Assembly: GCA_950097015.1 (NCBI GenBank)
Contig: CATNEN010000039.1
Coordinates: 1,798,001 to 1,862,000 of the forward strand
Direction of reading: 5' to 3'
From: Macrostomum hystrix
Taxonomy: Eukaryota; Animalia; Platyhelminthes
DNA length: 64,000 nucleotides
Part shown: in pieces, positions 23,964-34,742 of the stretch
How the letters are laid out: every line of letters starts with the position of its first letter
How positions within the stretch are numbered: position 1 is the first letter of the stretch
Notes under the pieces: generated by a model
Database searches by the model: none
The model's input: the letters and a program-made list of their open reading frames with translations, nothing else
What the model was told of the DNA's origin: nothing
Made by a program: the position numbers and the translations under genes

Positions 23964-25071
23964 TCTGGGGTGAAAGCGGAGGCTGCGCATTCACAGGGGC
24001 GAACGGACGGCGCATTTTGAGGCGCTCTAGATCCGGCCAGACAACGACGTCAGCTTGACGGCGGTAACGGAAGCTTTGCCGAGGCCTCTCGGAGAATTCC
24101 AGAACGGCAGGAAGGTGTGAAAATAAAAGCCCCTGCTTTGTGAAACCTGTTTTGTGATAAGTGCTTATTATCTTTTAATTGAGTGACAACCAGTCGATTA
24201 GCAGAATGGCAACTATGGCATGTCTCAATGGCAACCGAGATCCTATTTGTCCAAGCTGATGTGAAAATGCCAGCAAACACAGTGTGTGTGTGTGAATTGT
24301 GTTTTGCCTTAGTCATTATTTCCAGGAATGAGTCTTCCTTTGACTCCGTGTGTCCTTATATTCTGAATTACGCGCATGACCAAGTGGCTAAAATTATCAT
24401 CACCGACCGACCAGCAGTTGTTGGTGATTTTCACCTAGCTGTTGTAGCTGATTCATTAGCCATATTTGGTTTACCTAGCTCACTTCCACGATAATAAGAC
24501 CTTCTAATTTGTAAATTTAAATCGAACCCTGAAAAAAAACTATTTTTATAATAAATAACTTCAACAACAACAAGTTCGCTCACAAATGGTTAATGACATT
24601 TTTCAGCAAGGAGTTTTATCAGAAATTTATCTGACATCCAAGCCAATCTATTATAGCATTTGCAGTCTTGGACAGTGTGAGACAGGTAAAAATTTGATAG
24701 AGAGAAAAATAGAAAACATAAGAAAATACATTTAATAGACGCTAAAATCTAGTTTTGCTGAGAAAAAATCAATTCACCCAATTATCAGCAGGGTCGGGTA
24801 CATCTGCTTCTCTTTGACTGTGAATTCCTGCAGCAATGCAAGTATTCTAATATCAAAATTCGAATGACAATGTCAAGATAGATAGAATGCAAACAGAGAT
24901 TAACTGATAGTCTTTGTCTTTAATAACAACATTCGCATGTAAATATTGGTGCACGAAATTAACAATAAATTAAGGTATTACTTGTAATATGTATTAACAA
25001 GCCCTGTGAAACATCTGCTTATGCGGGCAGTTTACTCAATGTAAAATAGTATGCAGGTATCAGAAAAAGAC

Positions 25072-25394
25072 GGGGGTAGGTGGCAGAGCGGTTATCGCGT
25101 CTGCCTCTCCCACCACTGTCCCTAAGTTCGATTCCACTGCGAGGCCACATTCATTTGGGGCGCAGCCGCGGAGAGAAGGCCTGGGGGCTTGTCGTGCAAT
25201 TTACGCCCTTGAGGGCCAACCTCCAAGGCACAGTGCAGTGTACACTGCCTGACGATGAGAAAGTCAGGGCAGATGTACACACCTGTGTGCGTGTGTGCTC
25301 AGGAGTCAGCGAAACGGGCAGAACTGCCTCCTCGCTGCATGACTGCGGGTCTAGTGCCACCAAATAATGTGCCATTGTCCGCAGCCCTCCTGCA
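25072..25394 (+). mobile_element. tRNA-headed SINE, family A (best-preserved copy)
   Basis: A-box TGGCAGAGCGG, B-box GTTCGATTCC, body homologous to four other copies in the window. Confidence 0.82.
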
Positions 25395-25545
25395 ATCACA
25401 CGACGGTGTGGCAGTGCAAGCTCAGATATTTAGTGTACTTTAGTCGCATAGAGTGTACATACAGAAGCTGCAGTCTCCAATAGAATTAAGTATAAATAGT
25501 CAGTTTTCAATATTCAATATCAGCAAAGCGCAGATGAGGCGTCCT

Positions 25546-28500
25546 CTAAGATACCAAATTTTCTGGTGTCAGTTCCGACTCGTGTGGCAGGCCCTGACAG
25601 ACAGGAGAGGTCATTCGAGGTGCATGAGAGTACGAGCCCAATCAGAAAAAAGACCATAGACTATAAAAATTGCACTGACTTTGGTTATTTAACAACTAGC
25701 TATACTACTGACAGGCCATCAGAATAAAGCTACTCACCAAAGTGGACTCCAAGTTAGCCAGCCTCTCTGCCGCTGTGCCCAGGTTCTTCTCCTTAGAGAT
25801 GAGCTCCGCCTTCAGCGTCTTGATCTCGTAGTCTTTTCGCCGAATCTTCTCCCGGATGCTGCGCTTCCTGGCCTCCTCCTATGAGCGAAACGGATGAAAA
25901 ACTTTGCTCAGTGTAAACTCTAGGAACAAATCAAGACCTCAGGACAACTTCGCGTCAACTCACCTTGCCAAATACGTCCTCTGGAGGGCAGTGAAACTCA
26001 ACTTGTTGCTGGTCCTGTTCTTGTTTCGGCCTCTGCACCGTCGGCTGCTGCTCCAAATGGAAGGTCTTCTTCTGCTTGATGGCAGTGTTCAGTCGCTTCT
26101 CTTTGTTCAGCACGTCCTTTGTGCGGCTCAGGCTCTCGCGTAGCAACTGCGTCTCTTCAGTGCGATTGCGCAGCTCCTCGGTGAGGGACTCAACCTGAGG
26201 AATCCAAGACAAAAGCCAATACCGGCCATGGAAGTAATTATCTGCTGTCTCTTCCCCCAGTGCCTGTGAATATCTGCTGTCTCTTCCCCCAGTGCCTGTG
26301 AATATCTGCTGTCTCTTCCCCCACTGCCTGTGAATATCTGCTGTCTCTTCCCCCACTGCCTGTGAATATCTGCTGTCTCTTCCCCCAGTGCCTGTGAATA
26401 TCTGCTGTCTCTTCCCCCACTGCCTGTGAATATCTGCTGTCTCTTCCCCCACTGCCTGTGAATATCTGCTGTCTCTTCCCCCAGTGCCTGTGAATATCTG
26501 CTGTCTCTTCCCCCAGTGCCTGTGAATATCTGCTGTCTCTTCCCCCACTGCCTGTGAATATCTGCTGTCTCTTCCCCCACTGCCTGTGAATATCTGCTGT
26601 CTCTTCCCCCAGTGCCTGTGAATATCTGCTGTCTCTTCCCCCAGTGCCTGTGAATATCTGCTGTCTCTTTCCCCAGTGCCTGTGAATATCTGCTGTCTCT
26701 TCCCTCAGTGCCTGTGAATATCTGCTGTCTCTCCCCAGTCGGAGGCACCTGAGCGCCGCGCTTCTGGGCCAGCTCCTCCGCCTGCTTCAGTCGCGACATG
26801 TCCTGCTCGCAGCCGACAAGCAGCTCGTCCTTGCGCGTCAGGCGGTCGTTGAACAGCCGCAGCCGGTGGCTGAGCTGCGCCACGGTCTCCTCGCGCTCTC
26901 TGGCAAGCTTCTGTCGCTCGTCCCTGGGCAGGTGGGCCATGGAGCGCAGGCCCTGGACTTTGTCCAGGTCTAGATTGCTGGCTACAGCCCGAAGCAGGCT
27001 GGTGTAGGTCAGCTCGGACAGTTCCAGGCTGTCCAGGGTCTCTCGGTGAGCGGTCCGCTCCATGTCGAGGTCGGCCTGCGTCACGGCTGGCGTCGGCGGT
27101 GACGGCGGCTTCTCCGGGGCAGCGTCGCCGCTGATTGGCCGTGGAAATCGGTCCGTCTCCAGCAGGGCCTGCTTGGCGCGCAACTCGGCGAGTTCCTTCT
27201 TGAGCAGAACCACCTGCTGCACCGCCTGGTCATGGCTGGGAACTGCGTGATGACAACTTCGAGTTAGTCTATCTTTTGCTGCACTGTCTAACAGGTTACT
27301 CTGTCTAACAGGTTACTCTGTCTAACAGGTTACTCTGTCTAACAGGTTACTCTGTCTAACAGGTTACTCTGTCTAACAGGTTACTCTGTCTAACAGGTTA
27401 CTCTGTCTAACAGGTTACTCTGTCTAACAGGTTACTCTGTCTAACAGGTTACTCTGTCTAACAGGTTACTCTGTCTAACAGGTTACTCTGTCTAACAGGT
27501 TACTCTGTCTAACAGGTTACTCTGTCTAACAGGTTACTAAGTCCTCGCTCACTCACCCGGCGGTCGGAGCCGTTCGACCTCCTTTACGCGGCGCCGCAGC
27601 TCTGACAGAGCCTCTTTCTGGTGAGCGATCACATCCGCGTGTCGCTCTCCGCGGCACTGCTGCCCGGTGGCCGACAACTCCGCCTCGATGCTGCGGCCCC
27701 GCTGCGCGGAAGCCGCCGACGCGGCCTCAGCTTCAGCCGCCACTGCCTTCGCTCGTCTCAGCTCCGCCTCGGTGTCGCGTCGTGCCGCCGCTTCCGCTTC
27801 AAAGCGGGCGCGCCAGTCGGCAACCTCCGCCCGGGCAGCCGCTGACGCAGCCGACGCCGCCTCGACTACCGCGGTGGCAGCGCTTGCCGATCGCGCAGCT
27901 TCGCGCGCCTCGGCCAGCTGAGCGGTCAGCTCGCGCACTCGGCGCCGGGTGGTTTCCAGCTCCGCCTTCTGGGCGTCCGTCAGCTCGCCGCGAATGTCGG
28001 TGAGGCGCGCCGTGGCGCCCTGCAGATCGCGGCGCAGGGCTTCCGCTTCGATTCGCTGGTCGCGCGCGGCCTGCTTTAGCGCCGAGTTCTCCTGCTGTAC
28101 GGCGGCCAGGGCGCGCTCCAGCTGTGCCGCCTGCTCCGCCGGGCGCTGCGCCAGAGCTTCCGCCTCCGCCTGGCGAGCCCGGGCAGATTCCGCCTCAGCT
28201 TGGGCTGTTTCTGCGGCCAAGCGGTGCTGATCAAGTTGGTCCTGCAGCTCGCGAGCCTGGCGGGTCATCTGTGGGGTTTTGGGGGGGGGGCTTAGGTTGC
28301 AAACGCGGGGCGACTAAAGCACTGGAGGCAGTTGGGACCAAGCCAGCAGACCTTGTTGATTCGTTCCTCCATGTGTGCCAGAGCTTCTCCGCGTTGGCGC
28401 GCTTCCTCTCGCAGCGCCGCGGTGGCCGCTTCGTGGCGCGCTGCTGCGGCGCGCTCGCGCTCTTCCGCTTCGGTGGCCAGGCGGGCCAATTCGGCGCGCG

Positions 28501-31500
28501 ATTCTTCGGCTTCGCGACGGAGAGCGGCCTCGCGCGACTCCCAGCCGGCGTGGCGCTCAGCCGCGGATTGGGCGTCGGTGAGTCGACGTGTCTCCTCAGT
28601 CTGGCGCGCCTGAATTAGATCAGAGATGCGGCCCTGCCGGAATGGGAGCGATTCGTGGGGCTTTTTTAGCTCTTTGTAAAGGCTTTTAGTAGGTCTTTGT
28701 GTAGGCGTTGAATAGCTCTTTGAGTTGGTTTTTAGTAGGTCTTTGTTAGGCGTTGAGTAGCTCTTTGAGTTGGTTTTTAGTAGGTCTTTGTTAGGCGTTG
28801 AGTAGCTCTTTGTTTGGCGTTGAGTAGCTCTTTGAAAAGGCTTTTAGTAGGTCTTTGTGTAGGTTTCGGTAGCTTTAAATAGAATCGTTGTTAACTAAAA
28901 AATCCTCCCCGCTTACCTGTAGCTCGGCCAGGTGTCCCAGAGCAGCTTCGCGCCGCGCCACCTCAACAGCGACTCGCTCCTCCAGCGCCTGGCAGTCGCG
29001 CCTGGCGCGTCCCTCGGCCTCGAGCAGTTCGGCTCGCAATTTGGCGCCATCTGCGCCGGATTCGCGCCAGCGCGCGTGCAGGCGCTGCGCCAGCTCGATT
29101 GGGGCTGTTGGGGGGGGGCAATTGCAAGGGTTTAAACCGGCCGCAGAAATTGCGTGACATATCCAAATACTGTGTACAAATGTTCAGTAAATTGGACTGG
29201 TGAAGTCCAAACCTCTCCGCCCCAGGACCCGAATTTCTAACCCAACGAGTCTAGAGCTCAAGAGGAGGTTGCAAACAATGCGAAAGAAACTAAGCAATGG
29301 CAAGACAATAAGCGGGCTCTCACAGCAATCGACGACCTCCTGACTGACTTCTTGTTCGCAGTCGCCGGCGGCGTCGCAGCAGCCGAGGCAGCGGGCCAGG
29401 GCGGCCTCGATTCCAGCCTCCCAGCGCAGCTGCGCCTGCAGGTCCAACAGTCGGGCGTCCTTCACCGGCTGGAGGATCGGCTCCCCGACCGGCTCGGCCG
29501 TCAGGGCGGCCAGCTCGTCGCGAAGTCTGGAGGCCGTCCGGCCTGGCGAGGCAGCCAAACGGTTCGCCGACGCCTCGAGTTTGGATCTGGCGGGGCGTGA
29601 TGTACTTTTACGCATGTACTTTTATACACGCTGAACTGTTATTCCCGTCGGAAATCCCGTCTCATTCTATCGTTCTTTGGAATTTCCTTGAAAATCCCAA
29701 TTTGCTACTCTGAGTTGGAGGATGAGAGTGGCTGAGCGGTTTACGCGTTTGCCTCTCGCTACAGGATCCCTGTGCTCGAATCCGCTGTGAGGTCTGGCTG
29801 GGGGTCTTGTCCTGCAATTTACACCCTCGAGGACCAAACTCTAAGACGCAGTAAGAGTGTAAAATGTCTGTCAATGAAAAATGCAGTGGGTCAGATGTAC
29901 ACACGAGTACACGCTTGAAGTGTGAGCAAATGCTCGATGCTTAATACCCAAATACATATAAATAAATATGATTAGGGCAAGCGCTCTCCCACCTGTACTT
30001 TTGCACCGCCGTGGCATGATTGGTCAGGGTGGCCTCAGCGGCACGCAGCCGCTCGCCGAGCTGCCCGACTCGCCGCGCCAAATCACCACGCTCCGTCACC
30101 AAACGCTTCGCCGCCTCCGCCAGTTTGTCATCGTCGGCCACTTCGCCATTGTTGGCTAGCTCGGCTAGCAGCGCTGAGGTCAGCCGGGACCGCAGCGCGG
30201 CGAGGCTCCGGCCTGACGACTCGGCCATCTCCCTCGCCGCCGCTTCCGCTGACAACGCCTCCGAGCAGCGCGCCAAAGCCTCGACCAGCTCCTGGCGCGT
30301 CGCCAACCGGGCCGCCTCCTCGCCAGCGGCCAGGGTACGCGCCGACTCCAATTCCTCGGCCTGGCGGGCCGAATTGGCGACTAGGTCGCGAGTTTGAGTC
30401 TCTGCATCGCGTAGTCGGCGTCGGAGCCAGTCGAGCTCCTTCTCGCGCTCCGCCCATTCCTCGGCCGAGTGCTTCGCGTCCCGGTAGCGCAGGAACTTCA
30501 ATGATGTGGAATGCGAGGGCGGAATGTGTGGGCGGAATGCGTGGGCAGGATGCGTTGGTGGAATGCGTGGGCGGGATGCGTGGGCGAGATGCGTGGGCGG
30601 GATGCGTGGGCGGATTGGGTGAGCAAATCAGTCGGCTGATTTCATGGATCTACGCTAAATTAGTATTCAAAGAGTGACTCAAACCTGGGCTTTTTGAAAC
30701 TTTGGAAACAATCATTGGTACTGATAAGGAGCCAAGGACCTCTAACAGTAGAATGACCTTTTAGCCGCAATTCGTGAAGATTTTCGTATCCTTCAAGCTA
30801 AGCTTGAAACGAGCTAACTTGATCATGTGACTGATTAAGTTTTCCTCAAACTATACGAGAATTCCTCCATTTGAAGAAGAGGGTTGGACCATAGACAAAA
30901 AGTCCAGCTCGGAAAATTTTACAAGAAGTATGCAAAATACGAGCGTAAACCCAGTCTGCTATTGCATGAAGCCGCTGATTTTGCTTCTTAAATAAAAAAT
31001 AGCTGAACTCAAGCCAATCACGTAAATCACTGTGAGCTTGCTCAGCAAAAATCAAAATCAGTGATTAGTAATTCTACATTAATAAAGTCCACCGTGTAAA
31101 AGAAAAAATATGAAAACTGGTATCGTACCTTTCAAATATTTGTTACCTGTCTGAGAATAGCTGCAAGTTAATAAATTAAGAGCCACTAATAACTCTGCGT
31201 TTATGTATTAAAAATGCTGCTTTAAGTTGAAAGTTAAAAACAAAATTACCAATAGGATAGTTTATAATTAAAAAATTAATAAATTTGATTTAAACTCATG
31301 CAACCTATGTGCACTACAATTAAAAAAATATTGCTATAGGGCATTCTAAACTCAAAACATAGTCAAAACATAACACAGTGGGGAGGGGTAGAGAACTGAG
31401 GACTGAGTGGAGGGGTAGAGAACTGAGGACTGAGTGGAGGGGTAGAGAACTGAGGACTGAGTGGAGGGGTAGAGAACTGAGGACTGAGTGGAGGGGTAGA

Positions 31501-34266
31501 GAACTGAGGACTGAGTGGAGGGGTAGAGAACTGAGGACTGAGTGGAGGGGTAGAGAACTGAGGACTGAGTGGAGGGGTAGAGAACTGAGGACTGTGGGGA
31601 GGGGGAGAGAACTGAGGACTGAGTGGAGGGGTAGAGAACTGAGGACTGTGGGGAGGGGTAGAGAACTGAGGACTGAGTGGAGGGGTAGAGAACTGAGGAC
31701 TGAGTGGAGGGGTAGAGAACTGAGGACTGAGTGGAGGGGTAGAGAACTGAGGACTGAGTGGAGGGGTAGAGAACTGAGGACTGAGTGGAGGGGTAGAGAA
31801 CTGAGGACTGAGTGGAGGGGTAGAGAACTGAGGACTGAGTGGAGGGGTAGAGAACCGAGGACTGAGTGGAGGGGTAGAGAACTGAGGACTGAGTGGAGGG
31901 GGAGAGAACTGAGGACTGAGTGGAGGGTTAGAGAACTGAGGACTGAGTGGAGGGTTAGAGAACTGAGGACTGAGTGGAGGGGTAGAGAACTGAGGACTGA
32001 GTGGAGGGGTAGAGAACTGAGGACTGTGGGGAGGGGTAGAGAACTGAGGACTGTGGGGAGGGGGAGAGAACTGAGGACTGTGGGGAGGGGGAGAGAACTG
32101 AGGACTGTGGGGAGGGGTAGAGAACTGAGGACTGTGGGGAGGGGTAGAGAACTAAAGAGGTTAAGCCGTATAGGATTTAACTAAAAAATCTGAATTCTTC
32201 AGCTTGGGTTCTGATGTACATTTATAAAAGCAAAACCAAACATTGAAGCCAGCTAATGAGTCGTCAACCAAAACAGAAGGAGGCAATTCTAAGCTGTTAA
32301 AAGCTGTAAAAATTATCTGAGTCGGGTTCCTACTCTGGCGTCCACGCTGGCATTCAGCGGCACCGAGGCCAGTGACCAGCCAGCGCCACTGTGAGTGGCG
32401 TCAGCAGAAACGGCATCAACACTATGCTGACTGGGCCGCTGACGCTGACACTGACTGGCATCTGTGACCAGCAGGACGGGCTGCAAAGGCTGTGCTGAAT
32501 CCTGCTGCTGCAGGATTGTGTTTACGTTTTTCCTTTTCGCTTTTGAAAACAAAATATTCATATGAAATGTGTGCTATTAGCGATTAGAGAATGGGCTACA
32601 CAGTTTGTGTTTAGCGCAGTTAGCTCATATGCTAATATAAATTAACAATGAGTTTGCATATCTGTTGACAGATACTAGGTTAATACTCGTACATGGAGAT
32701 AAGTCCTATAGCAAGAGATTTCCATTGTGATATCAGTCCCAACAGGTGCTCCAAGTGTTCCTATGCGAATCACGCTTGCAATAATTTGGTTAAAGCATCC
32801 ACTGAAAACGCCAAACTCCTCCCACCCACCTTGGCTTGCAATGCAGAAATCACCAAGTCCTTCGACTTGGCCTCCTCCTTCAGTGTGTCGATGTCTCTGC
32901 AGAGCCGGCTGACGGTCGAGTCCTGCCAATATTGGTCAGGAATGGGGATCAGAAATCAATCAGGAGTTGAGTATAACTGCGATGCAATAAGCTACAGATG
33001 AGATATGAGGACAGAAAGAATAGAAAGTAGAGAGGAGACAGGAGAGAGTAGAGAGTATAGAAGAGAGTATAGAAGAGATGAGAGATTGGAGACTAGATGG
33101 GAGAGTGAGAAATTAAAGTCATAAAGATAATTGAAAGAAATTTAATGAAAGAAAACGCATGAGCTCGGACCCTGGCCGCGAGATCCTCGCGCAGCTGGCC
33201 GGCCAGACAGCCAGAAATTTCGGCGTCTCGGCGCGCCGAGTCGGCTAGTCTCCTGGCGGACGCCAGCTCGGCAGCTCGTGCCTCGGACTCCTCGTGCCGA
33301 GTGGCCGCGTCCGAGCTGCGCTCGCCAATCAGGCGCTGCAGCTGCGCCTTAAGCCCTGCGGTCTCCTCTTTGGCGGCTGTGGCTGCCGACTCAGCCTGAG
33401 CCAGACGACGCTGAAGTTCGAGATTGACAGTGGCCGAGGGCAGCTGGGAGGTTGTCGCCGATGCATGTTGCGCCGAGGCAGTCGGTGTGATCGATGGGGG
33501 CCTGGGCAGAGTCGGGGCGGCGCTCACGGGTCTTGAAATGCGGCTGCCGCGGATCAATCCGCCGCTGCCGCGCGCTGCCAAAGTTGAATTCGTCGTCATT
33601 GCCGACGCCGGAGCGTGGGTCACCATCAGTAGCTCGAAGGTGGCATCACCAAAGCGCAGCCGGTCTCCGTGAACGATGCGGACGGCGGCATTTTGAACCA
33701 GACAGTTGTTGACGCGAGTGCCCTGAGTTTAGGGTTTCGGCTTTTGTGTCTGCGTCTGTTTTTAGGCCAGCTTTTTTGGAACTATGTTTTCCTGAGTCTA
33801 GACTTTCTTGTTTGGCTTCGGATTGTCATTTCGAAGGTATTCATATTTATAGTTGCTTTATTTACACGCTAAGGAAATAATAGACATTCAAGGTCTTCTG
33901 TGATTTCGCTGCATCATAGACAGTTTTGCTTGAGCTGTAATTTTAAGAAACGAGTATTCGACTCACGCTCTCTGTGTCCAAGTCCCTCAGAATTAGTCCG
34001 CCATCTTCTCTTGAAACTTCAATCGTTGCGTGCTGAGTCTCAACGCCATTGGCCTAAAATCACAGTTGATATGGGTATCAATGTTTTCCTAATTCTTTAG
34101 GAAATTCTTAATTCTTAGCAGCAAGTTGATTTGAAGTAATCGTCCTTGTTCTTATCCGATTTCTTACCTGGATATTAATCCCGCAGCCGCTGGCCCCAAT
34201 TGTTGTTACCTTGGCACTGAGATGAAACTCCTGATCGGAACTCTTCAGAATGGCGCTCGCTTTCAT
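25546..34266 (-). CDS. FHAD1: Forkhead-associated domain-containing protein 1 (FHA plus long coiled coil, ~1230 aa)
   Basis: 13 phase-consistent exons: 34168-34266, 33967-34053, 33171-33722, 32830-32922, 29993-30495, 29324-29586, 28917-29104, 28352-28633, 27557-28268, 26749-27242, 25964-26194, 25738-25878, 25546-25593 (last least certain). N-terminus [48 protein letters not shown] resembles FHAD1; C-terminal [17 protein letters not shown]. Confidence 0.85.
26240..26735. repeat. 32-bp minisatellite in FHAD1 intron
   Basis: Unit TCTGCTGTCTCTTCCCCCAGTGCCTGTGAATA, ~15 copies. Confidence 0.95.
27284..27538. repeat. 17-bp perfect minisatellite (CTGTCTAACAGGTTACT)
   Basis: About 15 identical copies in an FHAD1 intron. 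Confidence 0.95.
28660..28880. repeat. Degenerate T-rich tandem repeat in FHAD1 intron
   Basis: Recurring TTTTAGTAGGTCTTTG..GGCGTTGAGTAGCTCTTTG. Confidence 0.7.
29716..29920 (+). mobile_element. tRNA-headed SINE, family A (diverged)
   Basis: GGATGAGAGTGGCTGAGCGGTTTACGCGTTTGCCTCTCG head; CAGATGTACACAC body remnant. Confidence 0.6.
31378..32155. repeat. 27-bp purine-rich minisatellite (GAGGGGTAGAGAACTGAGGACTGAGTG)
   Basis: About 29 copies in an FHAD1 intron. Confidence 0.95.
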
Positions 34267-34599
34267 CGGGCAGGAGTCTGGAAGTTAGTTGATGAAGCAG
34301 TCGACAAATTTTCCCTCCTAGACTGATTGCGGAGTATTGTCAGTTTTATCGTTGCGAGCTTATATCAGAGGTTTAAAATTTTAATATTTATTTCTATATA
34401 GATAACTATTAGTATAAGCTTGAATCGAATAGTAAAATACGGTGATGAACTTAATTAAAAAATTATATCCATACATAAGCGAATCGAACCACTCTGTATT
34501 TCTGTTTGCAAAATATTTAATAGTTTATATAAATTTTCATAACTTTTGCACAACCATCAGCTGAGATAAACAGCTGTTCAGTCCATGGACTGGAAAGAC

Positions 34600-34742
34600 G
34601 CCACACCTAACCCTCAATTACCCTAGCTAATGCTGGTAGAGCCTACCCATTTTACAGCTGGGTGAACAATGCAGAGAAATGCAGGGAATCGAACTCGCGG
34701 CCTTGAAGTCGCGAGTCCGACGCCACTAGGCTATATCCCGGC
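34600..34742 (-). mobile_element. tRNA-headed SINE, family B
   Basis: Minus strand reads GGGATATAGCCTAGTGG (A-box)...GAGTTCGATTCCC (B-box)...CCCAGCTGTAAAATGGGTA; homologous to 6168-6345. Confidence 0.65.

Noticed and set aside
25072-25140. tRNA genes at SINE heads (also 6168, 20383, 34680)
   Set aside because: A and B boxes are present but I could not form a full cloverleaf, and each continues into a shared repeat body.
25240-25280. Hammerhead-like words CTGACGA..GAAA.GTC in SINE family A
   Set aside because: No room for stems II or III, and CTGAC pairs with GTCAG as a simple hairpin.
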